Shown in pieces: positions 31,904 to 40,736 of a DNA stretch of 64,000 nucleotides. This DNA comes from Minisyncoccota bacterium (GTDB lineage Bacteria > Patescibacteriota > Minisyncoccia > Phycocordibacterales > UBA5272). The first letter of the stretch is position 1. Each line of letters starts with the position of its first letter. The notes under the pieces are model-generated. The model had not been told where the DNA came from and searched no databases. It worked only from the letters and a program-made list of their open reading frames with translations. Location of the stretch: the NCBI GenBank assembly GCA_046350775.1, contig JAXLZS010000001.1, positions 545,838 to 609,837 on the forward strand, in the 5' to 3' direction. Position numbers and translations under genes: made by a program.

Positions 31904-33673
31904 ATGTTTAAAAAAATCTTTATTGTAATTTTATTTATAGTAACAGCTATATTTATATCTCAACAATCATTCGCTGCATTTAATTTAAATAATAGCTGTA
32001 TTGCTACAAGTACATCGCAAACTTTGAGTGTAATTTCTCAAGATGATTTATCTGGCACAATCCCGCTTTGTATTATTGCCAATGCTAATTTTCCTGTTAA
32101 TGTAACAGATAATAATAGAAATACTGTATATACAACAAACACGTCCGGTACTAGTAACTTTAATTATCCAACTACAGGACAAATAACTTTCGCTACATCT
32201 TCCTTTGGAAAAGATCAAAGGTTTGATTTTTATATTTCCGATTCTGCAAGTAATTCAAGTAACGCTACAATTGTACTTACACCGATTCCTGTACCCATCA
32301 CCCTCACAGCAACAGATACCACTTCAGGCTTAGCTATAAAAAATGGTGATAGTATCAAGTTGGGCGATAGTGTCTCAATGAATTGTAAAAATGCGACAGA
32401 GCTTTATTATGACACCTCCTCTCCAAATTCACCAACAGTATCTGATTATACGGGAGCCAGTGGATATAATCTATCTCATTCAGTGGTCACGCCGCCACTA
32501 GGATCTCATACTATAGAGTGTGACAATATTGGCTATGGTGCGACAAGACAAGTTTTAACTTTTAATGTTGTTCAAGATAATATATCTGGATCAATATCTG
32601 CTCCAGACTGTACTATTGCTATAGGTGCTAGCAGCTGCAGCACTACAGTCACTTGGTCAACTACAAATCCAGGAAGCAATATATCAGGGGTAAGAAGTAA
32701 CACAAACGAAAGCGGGGCGACATCTTCTAATTTTGTAATATCAACTCCCGACAGAAATAATGGATCTGAAAGTGTTCAAATATCTTTCTTGGTACAAGGA
32801 TCTCATCAAGGAAGAAATTTTTATTTATATAATAATGGGACACAGCTCGCTCAAGCTACATCTGTAGCAAATTGTGTCGCTGGTAGCACATGGGATGGAA
32901 GTGTGTGTAAATCAGATTCTTCTTGTCCGCCTGGACAAAATAATATAAACGGTACATGTGGAGTCTGTCCAACAGGATCGACTTACGATTCTTCTGCAAG
33001 TAAGTGCGTCTGTGATAATAATGGAAATTATGTCGGAGTGGGTGGATCTTGTACAGGCAAGCCACCTGCACCTATTTGTAGTTTTACTGATGGTACATAC
33101 AATTTTGTAAAATGTGTAAATATACCTACATGTCCAGATGGAAATCCAGCAGAAGTCCACGTCATATCTTCTGATGGGTCAGATCAGATAGTCCCTCCAC
33201 CTTATACATTTGACTGGTCTTCTACACAATATATGTACAGATTTGTATGTCCAGCGAGTATTACAACATTACAGAGCGTCAATAGGCCATATACTCACTT
33301 TATAAATTTCAATGTCTCAGCAGGATATATTAAAAAAGGAACCGGTATAAATCTCAGCTGGATAGTCCAAGATCCTACATCTACTTGCAAGATTGTGGCT
33401 ACAGATATAAAGACAGGTGATACTTTATTTGATACATCTACAGACGCATCTTATAGCAAGATTAACAAATCGGTCACCACTTCTTCATCCACTTCACAGA
33501 TAAATAGGATTTCAAGTAGTAATTATAAGGCTCTAATAAATTCCCTTTATACTGTAAATCAGTCTACGAGATTTACAGCTAGCTGTATAAATCCCCCAAA
33601 TAGCAAGAATTATATGGTCGGTCTACACAAGCTTGTCCGTGATGTATATTTGACAGGAGAGTCAGAAAGATAG
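31904..33673 (+). CDS. Secreted Cys-rich hypothetical protein (589 aa).
   Basis: Signal peptide MFKKIFIVILFIVTAIFISQQSFA. Many CxxC/C-x-C pairs (CPPGQNNINGTCGVCPTGSTYDSSASKCVCDNNG). Confidence 0.5.
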   Translation: MFKKIFIVILFIVTAIFISQQSFAAFNLNNSCIATSTSQTLSVISQDDLSGTIPLCIIANANFPVNVTDNNRNTVYTTNTSGTSNFNYPTTGQITFATSSFGKDQRFDFYISDSASNSSNATIVLTPIPVPITLTATDTTSGLAIKNGDSIKLGDSVSMNCKNATELYYDTSSPNSPTVSDYTGASGYNLSHSVVTPPLGSHTIECDNIGYGATRQVLTFNVVQDNISGSISAPDCTIAIGASSCSTTVTWSTTNPGSNISGVRSNTNESGATSSNFVISTPDRNNGSESVQISFLVQGSHQGRNFYLYNNGTQLAQATSVANCVAGSTWDGSVCKSDSSCPPGQNNINGTCGVCPTGSTYDSSASKCVCDNNGNYVGVGGSCTGKPPAPICSFTDGTYNFVKCVNIPTCPDGNPAEVHVISSDGSDQIVPPPYTFDWSSTQYMYRFVCPASITTLQSVNRPYTHFINFNVSAGYIKKGTGINLSWIVQDPTSTCKIVATDIKTGDTLFDTSTDASYSKINKSVTTSSSTSQINRISSSNYKALINSLYTVNQSTRFTASCINPPNSKNYMVGLHKLVRDVYLTGESER

Positions 33674-33701
33674 GTTAAAACTACAATTTGATTTTGAATA
33701 T

Positions 33702-33729
33702 AAAAGCCACTCTTTTGAATGGCTTTTAT
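33702..33729 (+). terminator. Hairpin followed by a T-run.
   Basis: aaagcca-ctcttttgaa-tggcttttatttt. Confidence 0.45.
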
Positions 33730-33734
33730 TTTAT

Positions 33735-33763
33735 TTGACTTTATTTCTGATTTTTGCTAATAT
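33735..33763 (+). promoter_or_regulatory. Sigma70-like promoter TTGACT-N17-TAATAT upstream of rpsS.
   Basis: TTGACT at 33735-33740, a 17-nt spacer, TAATAT at 33758-33763. Confidence 0.45.
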
Positions 33764-33836
33764 TGGAGTTAACAAATAAATCTATTTATTTAGTGTATTT
33801 TTTATACTGAAACGCTTGGTTTATTTTTAAAATATT

Positions 33837-34187
33837 ATGACAAGATCAGCAAAAAAAGGTCCATATGTGGATGAGAGAGTTTTGAAAAAAGTTCTCGGCA
33901 AAAAACCAGAAAATACTCCGGTTATTAAGACCTGGATTCGTTCATGTGTTATTTCACCAGAGATGGTTGGTTTTACTTTTGGTGTTTACAATGGTAAATC
34001 TCATATTGAATTTTTAGTATCAGAAGATATGGTCGGTCATAAATTGGGTGAATTTTCTCCAACACGTAAATTCGTGAGACACGGAGGAAAGATGCAAAAG
34101 GAAATCGATCAAAAAGCAAAGCAGTCTGAGATCGATGCAGCCAAGACAGCAAAAGCAGCCGCAGCTCCTGCCGCAAAGAAAAAATAA
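33837..34187 (+). CDS. rpsS: 30S ribosomal protein S19 with a Lys/Ala-rich C-terminal tail.
   Basis: [19 protein letters not shown]...[18 protein letters not shown]. Tail [16 protein letters not shown]. Confidence 0.9.
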   Translation: MTRSAKKGPYVDERVLKKVLGKKPENTPVIKTWIRSCVISPEMVGFTFGVYNGKSHIEFLVSEDMVGHKLGEFSPTRKFVRHGGKMQKEIDQKAKQSEIDAAKTAKAAAAPAAKKK

Positions 34188-34273
34188 TTAATCAAGCAAA
34201 AATAATATAGGTTTCCAATCAATTATTTAAAATAATGAAGACAGGAAAATAAAAATAAATTAATCGTAAAACT

Positions 34274-34609
34274 ATGAAAGCAATTTTACAAAATTACAGA
34301 CAAGCACCAAGAAAAACTGCACTTATTGCGGCCCTTATTCGTGGTAAAAGTGTAAAAGAGGCAAGAGTTATTTTAGCTCATCTTATCAAAAGAGGTGCAG
34401 CTCCAACTTTAAAGCTTCTCGAGTCAGCTGTAGCCAATGCTAAAGAAAATAATAAGATCAGTAATGTTGATAATTACATAATCTCAGCTTATGTAAATAA
34501 AGGAAAAGTTTTAAAAAGATGGATGCCAAGAGCTATGGGTAGAGCTTTTCCTATTCACAAGCACACTACTCACATGGTGATAGAGCTCAAGGAAGTAGTT
34601 AAAAAATAA
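34274..34609 (+). CDS. rplV: 50S ribosomal protein L22.
   Basis: MKAILQNYRQAPRKTALIAALIRGKSVKEARVIL. Confidence 0.88.
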   Translation: MKAILQNYRQAPRKTALIAALIRGKSVKEARVILAHLIKRGAAPTLKLLESAVANAKENNKISNVDNYIISAYVNKGKVLKRWMPRAMGRAFPIHKHTTHMVIELKEVVKK

Positions 34610-34626
34610 TTTATTAAAATAAACTT

Positions 34627-35355
34627 ATGACACACATAGTAAATCCATATTCACATAGAATCGGTATCGTACGCGGATGGAAATCTCGCTGGTTTGGCTC
34701 AAAAGGAAATTATGTCTCAAATCTAAAAGGAGATGTACTACTTCGTGAGTATTTAAACAAAAGATTGCGTGGTTTTTATGTGGGAGGTGTAGAAATAGAA
34801 AGAAGTCAAAAAGAGTTTAGAGTTATAATTCACACTTCTCGTCCTGGTATGATAATTGGTCGTGGTGGAGACGGTATTGAAAAATTAAGAAAGGATATAG
34901 TTAAAGAAATGAAGAGAGTGAAGATTGATCTTCCTGCAAATTTCAAACTTGATATCGCAGAAGTGGCTTCGCCTGAGGCTTCAGCAGCAATTGTGGGAGC
35001 TATGGTTGCTGAGCAAATTGAAAAAAGAATTCCTTTCAGAAGAGTTTTAAAGACTACTATTGAAAAGGTGATGGCAAATCGTAATGTCCTAGGAGCTCGT
35101 ATAGTCGTCTCTGGTCGTCTCGGAGGCGCTGAAATGGCTCGTACCGAGCAGATTAGAAAAGGAGGTATTCCTCTACAAACACTTCGCGCTGATATTGATT
35201 TCGCAAAAGAAAGAGCAAATATGGCCTATGGAGTTATCGGTATCAAGGTTTGGATTTATCGTGGTATGAAATATGAAAAAGATGCACACTTGCAAACTCT
35301 TTCTGCCGCAAATGGAGAAACAAAACAAAATTTTTCTGAAAGAAGAAAAAGATAA
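34627..35355 (+). CDS. rpsC: 30S ribosomal protein S3.
   Basis: KH-domain GMIIGRGGDGIEKLRKDI. RVVSGRLGGAEMARTE. Confidence 0.92.
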   Translation: MTHIVNPYSHRIGIVRGWKSRWFGSKGNYVSNLKGDVLLREYLNKRLRGFYVGGVEIERSQKEFRVIIHTSRPGMIIGRGGDGIEKLRKDIVKEMKRVKIDLPANFKLDIAEVASPEASAAIVGAMVAEQIEKRIPFRRVLKTTIEKVMANRNVLGARIVVSGRLGGAEMARTEQIRKGGIPLQTLRADIDFAKERANMAYGVIGIKVWIYRGMKYEKDAHLQTLSAANGETKQNFSERRKR

Positions 35356-35377
35356 TTATTAATTTAAAAATAAATTT

Positions 35378-35800
35378 ATGTTATTCCCAAAAAAAGTAAA
35401 ACATCGTAAATGGCAATCACAGAGATCTTCTCCAAAGAAAGAATCTCGTCCTGAGACAAAAGGTATCACTGTAGCTTTTGGTTCTTTCGGTCTAAAAGCT
35501 GAAACTGATAAAAGAGTCACAAGTAATCAGATTGAGGCAGCACGTCGCGCCATGGTCCGCTCTGGAGGAAAGACTGCGAAGTTTTGGATTCGTATTTTCC
35601 CTGACAGACCTTTCACTCAAAAGGGTGCTGAGGTGCCTATGGGTAAAGGAAAAGGAGATCCAAAAGGATATTGTTTTGATGTGAGACCAGGAAGAATCCT
35701 TTTTGAAATAGACGGTGTGCCAGAAGCAGCTGCTAGAGAGGCTCTTCGCAAAGCTGGTACAAAGCTTCCAGTGAAGACAAAGGTAGTAGCAAGAAATTAA
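35378..35800 (+). CDS. rplP: 50S ribosomal protein L16.
   Basis: FPDRPFTQKGAEVPMGKGKGDPKGYCFDVRPGRILFEIDGV. Confidence 0.92.
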   Translation: MLFPKKVKHRKWQSQRSSPKKESRPETKGITVAFGSFGLKAETDKRVTSNQIEAARRAMVRSGGKTAKFWIRIFPDRPFTQKGAEVPMGKGKGDPKGYCFDVRPGRILFEIDGVPEAAAREALRKAGTKLPVKTKVVARN

Positions 35801-35854
35801 TTCAAGAAAACAAACCTTGAAAAATAACAAAAAATTTAGTATATTTAAAAAACT

Positions 35855-36109
35855 ATGAACAAACAAACAACAACTAAAAATAGAAAAAAGATCGATGGAG
35901 TAGTCGTCTCTGACAAAATGGATAAAACCGTTGTTGTTAATGCTCAAAGATTTGTAAAGCATAAAAAATACGGCAAATTCTATAAGATAGATAAAAAATA
36001 CAAAGCTCATGATGAAAACAATGAGTACAAAGTTGGAGATAAAGTCACTATTGAGGAGACTAGACCAATTAGTAAAGATAAGAACTTTAAAGTCTTAAAA
36101 AAGAGATAA
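35855..36109 (+). CDS. rpsQ: 30S ribosomal protein S17. There is no L29 gene between L16 and S17.
   Basis: [18 protein letters not shown]...[29 protein letters not shown]. Confidence 0.88.
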   Translation: MNKQTTTKNRKKIDGVVVSDKMDKTVVVNAQRFVKHKKYGKFYKIDKKYKAHDENNEYKVGDKVTIEETRPISKDKNFKVLKKR

Positions 36110-36131
36110 TTAATAATTAATTTATAAATAT

Positions 36132-36512
36132 ATGTTACAAGCAGGATCAAATGTAAAAATCACAGACAACTCTGGCGCAAAGCTCGGTAGAATTTTCAAA
36201 GTTCTTGGAGGCTCAAAGAGAAGATATGCAAGTATCGGGGATCTTGTTTGTCTATCTATTAAAGTCGCTGACCCTAGAAAGCAAGTCAAAAAGAAAGACG
36301 TGGTTTATGGTATTGTTGTGCGTACTTCAAAAGAATTTCGTAGAAAGGATGGATCCTATATTCGTTTTGATGACAACGCTGTCGTGATAGTAGACAAGAC
36401 CAAAAAGGATCCAAAAGCGAGTCGTGTCTTTGGTCCAATTCCAAAAGAAATCTCAGAAAGTAAAAATGAGAATATTAAAAAGATAGCTACAATGGCCCCA
36501 GAAGTCATCTAA
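36132..36512 (+). CDS. rplN: 50S ribosomal protein L14.
   Basis: MLQAGSNVKITDNSGAKLGRIFKVLGGSKRRYASIGDLV. Confidence 0.92.
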   Translation: MLQAGSNVKITDNSGAKLGRIFKVLGGSKRRYASIGDLVCLSIKVADPRKQVKKKDVVYGIVVRTSKEFRRKDGSYIRFDDNAVVIVDKTKKDPKASRVFGPIPKEISESKNENIKKIATMAPEVI

Positions 36513-36532
36513 TATATTTAAATAATAAATTT

Positions 36533-36748
36533 ATGCAAATCAAAAAAGGAGATAAAGTTATAATATTGACTGGTAAAGACAAAGGTAAATCTGGTACTGT
36601 GTCTAAGTCTATGCCAAAAGAAAACAAAGTCATCGTCGATGGTCTTAATCTTGTAAAACGTCACAAAAAAGCTAGAAAGCAAGGTGAAAAAGGGGTGATA
36701 GTCGAAGTCTCATCTCCTATAAATGCAAGTAATGTCAAAAAGGCATAA
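36533..36748 (+). CDS. rplX: 50S ribosomal protein L24 (short, KOW).
   Basis: MQIKKGDKVIILTGKDKGKSGTV. Confidence 0.85.
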   Translation: MQIKKGDKVIILTGKDKGKSGTVSKSMPKENKVIVDGLNLVKRHKKARKQGEKGVIVEVSSPINASNVKKA

Positions 36749-36779
36749 TAATAAAATATAGAGATTTAATTATAAATAT

Positions 36780-37346
36780 ATGAAAGAAGAATCAAAAAAA
36801 GTAAACTATAAAGTAAAAGCTAAAGTCGCGGAAGCATATGAAGTAATGAAAAAAGATTTTCATTATAAAAATAAATTGCAAGCTCCAAGACTTGTAAAAA
36901 TCTCTGTTGCCGTAGCTACTGGTAGAGCAATGAAGCAAGATAAAAAGAAAAATGAATTTGTGATTGGCAGACTAACAAAGATTGTCGGACAAAGAGCTGT
37001 AGAGAGACAAGCAAAGAAAGCTATAGCTTCTTACAAGACTCGTATCGGCGACAAGATCGGTGTGGCTGTCACACTTCGCGGTCCAAGAATGTATGGATTT
37101 TTAGAGAAACTTTTAAATGTCTCTCTTCCTCGTACAAAAGACTTTCGTGGTATTTCAAAGAATTCAGTTGATCAGATTGGAAATCTTACTTTTGGTATAA
37201 AAGAGCATACTATCTTCCCAGAGATTCGTGATGAAGAACTAAAAGATATTTTTGGTATGGCTATCACAATTGTGACTACAGCTAAAAATAAAGAAGAGGC
37301 TACAAGATTTTTTGAAGTGATTGGTGTCCCATTCAAAAAAGATTAA
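36780..37346 (+). CDS. rplE: 50S ribosomal protein L5.
   Basis: RGPRMYGFLEKLLNVSLPRTKDFRGIS...FGIKEHTIFPEI. Confidence 0.9.
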   Translation: MKEESKKVNYKVKAKVAEAYEVMKKDFHYKNKLQAPRLVKISVAVATGRAMKQDKKKNEFVIGRLTKIVGQRAVERQAKKAIASYKTRIGDKIGVAVTLRGPRMYGFLEKLLNVSLPRTKDFRGISKNSVDQIGNLTFGIKEHTIFPEIRDEELKDIFGMAITIVTTAKNKEEATRFFEVIGVPFKKD

Positions 37347-37368
37347 TATAAAAATAATTTAAAAAATA

Positions 37369-37403
37369 AAAAACCGCCATTCGTAATCGATAGGCGGTTT
37401 TTG
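37369..37403. terminator. Terminator between the convergent rplE and hpf genes.
   Basis: aaaaaccgcc-attcgtaatcgat-aggcggttttt. Confidence 0.6.
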
Positions 37404-37424
37404 CTTGGCAAGTAATTAAAAAAA

Positions 37425-37763
37425 TTAAGAAGCAAGCATAATTTTTTTCGGTCGTTTTTTTACAACCCTTTGTAATCCTTCGCCGAGCTGAATCTTGCGA
37501 ACCGCTTCCATGAATTGATGGATTGCAAAGTCAAAAGCTCTGTAAACATCAAAATCTTTTTTCTGAGCAATAACTGTTTTGGTTTTTTCACCAATTACAG
37601 TCACAACTTTTTTTCTTTTTTGTGTCCTGTGATGGTTTTTGCCAATCCGCAACCCTTTCGTTGTAACATAAAATGTTTCGTGTCCAAGCTGAGAAAGAAT
37701 TTCGTTGCAATAGTTGATTTCAGCTTGTTTTCTGTTCTCTAAAAAGAGTTTTTTGATCTTCAT
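37425..37763 (-). CDS. hpf: Ribosome hibernation promoting factor / RaiA-like (short form).
   Basis: 112 aa. The C-terminal pattern KDFDVYRAFDFAIHQFMEAVRKIQ resembles the HPF DxY.AID....+L.RQL+K helix. The beta-alpha-beta-beta-beta-alpha length fits. Confidence 0.5.
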   Translation of the reverse strand: MKIKKLFLENRKQAEINYCNEILSQLGHETFYVTTKGLRIGKNHHRTQKRKKVVTVIGEKTKTVIAQKKDFDVYRAFDFAIHQFMEAVRKIQLGEGLQRVVKKRPKKIMLAS

Positions 37764-37905
37764 CTCAAAAGATTTAATAGATTTAAAAAAATGAAAAAAA
37801 AGTACGACAACTGAAATTTTTCAGTTGGAAAAACAGTATACCAGCTATTTAAAATAAAGTCAAATGAAAATCCTCCGATTATCTATCGGAGGATTCCAAA
37901 GTTTT

Positions 37906-38229
37906 TTAAGCAGTTTCTTTTCTTAAAACTGGTCTCACAAAAGTTTTTTTTTCATTGGTGATGATTTTAGCCCGTTTTTTATAACCGGTCTTTCTGCTTG
38001 CAATTTCAAGAGCTTTCTTGTGTGCAAGATGCTCCAATTTATCGCTGCCTACAATCGGTCTGACTGAAGAATGAATTTTTATGTAACAATAGCAGATTCC
38101 TTTTTTCTTACTATTAGTCACTATCAATTTTTTCTTATCAGGATTTGATTTTGTACTGTTGTGCCATTCTTCAAATTCTAATAAGGCTTTTGCAATTTTG
38201 TCATGTTCGTTCAAGTGTGGTCTGTTCAT
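37906..38229 (-). CDS. Hypothetical basic protein.
   Basis: 107 aa, Lys-rich, no confident motif. Confidence 0.35.
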   Translation of the reverse strand: MNRPHLNEHDKIAKALLEFEEWHNSTKSNPDKKKLIVTNSKKKGICYCYIKIHSSVRPIVGSDKLEHLAHKKALEIASRKTGYKKRAKIITNEKKTFVRPVLRKETA

Positions 38230-38355
38230 GCTTATTGTTTTTTATGGGTTAAAGAACGTTGATTTGGATAAGTAGTATATCAGATAAAAATATTATGTCA
38301 AATTAAGAAAATTTTCAAAATTCTATTTAATTTTTTAAAATGATATAATTTTAAA

Positions 38356-40683
38356 ATGATTTCAAAATCTTCCAATAATATTAATTTAGATACAGAAATT
38401 TCTAAAATTACCAGACTTTCAAAAGATCACCTCGCTGCTCTTAAAAAGTTGAATTTAAAAACTTTACAAGATCTTTTAAACTATTTACCAGCTCGCTATG
38501 CTGACGAAAGAGAAAATAGAAATATAAATAATTTAAATAAAGGAGAGTCGGTCATTCTTTTTGGAGAAATAAAAAATCTAAAAATAAAAAGAAGCTTTCA
38601 TGGTCATATACCTATGTGCGAAGCAAAACTCGTCGATGCTACAGGTAGTATAAAGCTGGTCTGGTTTCATCAAGCCTATATCGCTAAGATGTATCAAGAA
38701 GATGACTTTGTAAAAGTCTCTGGAATTGTACAAGAAAAAAATGGAAATATATCTTTACTAAATCCAAATATAGAGAAAGTCAGCAGAGATCATATTTTTT
38801 ATGAAAATAATATTTTTGAAAAAAAGGAAGATAGTAAAAATCAGATAGAGTTAATTCCTATATACAAAGAAACAAAAGGTCTAACTTCGAATTATATTCA
38901 TACTCTCATAAAAAAAGCTATCTTAGAATATAAAATTCTAGATGAAGTCAAGAATTCTGATCCTATACCAAAAAATATTTTGGAAGATTTTCATTTGCCA
39001 ACTCTAGACAAAGCTTATCTCTATTTACATTTACCAAAAGCAAAAAATCTGAAATTAGCTGAGAGTCAAGTACTGGTTGCTAGAAAAAGATTTTCTTTTC
39101 AAGAAATATTTTATATTCAAATAATAAAGCAGATAGAAAAGCAAAAAGCTAAAAACAGTCTTTCTTACAAAATATCAGACTCCAAAAACATTTTACAGGA
39201 ATTTATCTTAAAAGTGGAATCACAAAATAAATTTAGACTCACTTCTGCTCAGACTAGAGCTTTGAAAGTATTGTCTGAAGATATTCAAAAAGAAGAGCCT
39301 ATGAGTAGATTGCTAGAAGGTGATGTAGGAAGCGGAAAGACTCTTGTCGCGGCAGCCATATCTAGTATTGTGACTCACGATATAAACAGAGACAATATTA
39401 CGAGAAAGAGACTCCAAGTAGCATATATGGCACCGACAGAGATTTTAGCAACTCAACATTTTGAATCTTTCCAAAGATTTTTTTCTGATACTGGTATCGA
39501 GATTGCTCTTTTGACGGGTAAAACCTGTAAAAAATTTCCAAGCAAATCAAATCCAAAATCTAGTACAAATTTAGCAAAAAGTCAGATTAAAAAAATGGTT
39601 GAGTCTGGCGACATATCTATTGTTATAGGTACTCACGCACTGATACAAAAAACTTTATCATTTCACGATCTTGCTCTCGCTATCATAGATGAGCAACACA
39701 GATTTGGAGTAAAGCAGCGTGCGGCACTTGCAAACAAAAAATCTTCTTCAGTAAAAGTCCTTGCAGCTAATGATATTAAAAATCTTTCAAATAAAAGACA
39801 AAAAATCGTTTTACAAAAAGAAAAGCTACCACATCTTTTATCTATGACTGCGACACCGATACCGAGGACTCTCGCTTTGACTATTTTTGGAGATCTAGAT
39901 TTGACAGTCTTGGATGAGCTTCCAAAAAATAGAAAGCCGATACAAACAAAAATCATAAATGAAAGCGACAGAGAAAAGATTTACAAAGAAATAAAAAAAG
40001 AAATAGAGTCTGGGTATCAAGTATATATCATTGTCCCTCGCATAGATGAAGCTGATGAGGAAGAGATGCAAAAAGCTAAAAAATTAAATCTAAGATCTAC
40101 TGCTAGTGAGCTGAAAAATTTGAAAGAGTTTTTTATCGAAAAAGAAAAAATGGATATAAAAATTGTCTCGATTCATTCTAAATTAAAGAAAGAAGAAAAA
40201 GAAAAAATAATGGAAGATTTTTCTGAAAATAAAATTCAGATTTTGATTTCTACATCTATTGTGGAGGTAGGTGTAAATGTTCCAAATGCTACTCGTATGA
40301 TAATAGAAGGGGCTGAGAGATTTGGACTCGCACAGCTTCATCAGCTTCGTGGACGTATTGGTCGTGGAGAAAGAGAGAGTATATGTTATCTTTTTACAAA
40401 TTCAGATTCTGATATCACAGCTGAGAGACTATCATCACTAATGAAAGCGAAAAATGGATTTGAATTAGCAGAGCTTGATCTTAATCAGCGTGGTATCGGG
40501 TCTCTACTGTCTGGCAAACAATGGGGAGTATCAGATCTTGCAATGGAAGCTATAAAGAATATTAAATTGGTCGAAGCTGCTCGAGAAGAAGCAAAAAAAA
40601 TAGTGGAGAAAGATATGGATTTAAAAAACCATCCACAACTCTCCAAGATAATTCTAGACAAAGAAAAAGCACATATGGAATAA
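38356..40683 (+). CDS. recG: ATP-dependent DNA helicase RecG. It has a low-complexity insertion between helicase motifs I and II.
   Basis: GDVGSGKTLVAAA, IIDEQHRFGV, LSMTATPIPRTLALTIFGDLDLTVLDELP, QLHQLRGRIGRGE. The wedge domain is at the N-terminus. Confidence 0.85.
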   Translation: MISKSSNNINLDTEISKITRLSKDHLAALKKLNLKTLQDLLNYLPARYADERENRNINNLNKGESVILFGEIKNLKIKRSFHGHIPMCEAKLVDATGSIKLVWFHQAYIAKMYQEDDFVKVSGIVQEKNGNISLLNPNIEKVSRDHIFYENNIFEKKEDSKNQIELIPIYKETKGLTSNYIHTLIKKAILEYKILDEVKNSDPIPKNILEDFHLPTLDKAYLYLHLPKAKNLKLAESQVLVARKRFSFQEIFYIQIIKQIEKQKAKNSLSYKISDSKNILQEFILKVESQNKFRLTSAQTRALKVLSEDIQKEEPMSRLLEGDVGSGKTLVAAAISSIVTHDINRDNITRKRLQVAYMAPTEILATQHFESFQRFFSDTGIEIALLTGKTCKKFPSKSNPKSSTNLAKSQIKKMVESGDISIVIGTHALIQKTLSFHDLALAIIDEQHRFGVKQRAALANKKSSSVKVLAANDIKNLSNKRQKIVLQKEKLPHLLSMTATPIPRTLALTIFGDLDLTVLDELPKNRKPIQTKIINESDREKIYKEIKKEIESGYQVYIIVPRIDEADEEEMQKAKKLNLRSTASELKNLKEFFIEKEKMDIKIVSIHSKLKKEEKEKIMEDFSENKIQILISTSIVEVGVNVPNATRMIIEGAERFGLAQLHQLRGRIGRGERESICYLFTNSDSDITAERLSSLMKAKNGFELAELDLNQRGIGSLLSGKQWGVSDLAMEAIKNIKLVEAAREEAKKIVEKDMDLKNHPQLSKIILDKEKAHME

Positions 40684-40736
40684 TTTTTTGTGTATAAAAA
40701 TAATTTATATAGATTTTTGTATGATAAAATTAAATC

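Noticed and set aside
24407-33673. The cargo block between fusA and rpsS as a discrete integrative mobile element.
   Set aside because: There is no integrase, transposase, relaxase or flanking direct repeats. It contains the housekeeping gene efp. It is treated as a rearrangement or cargo region and not as a defined mobile element.
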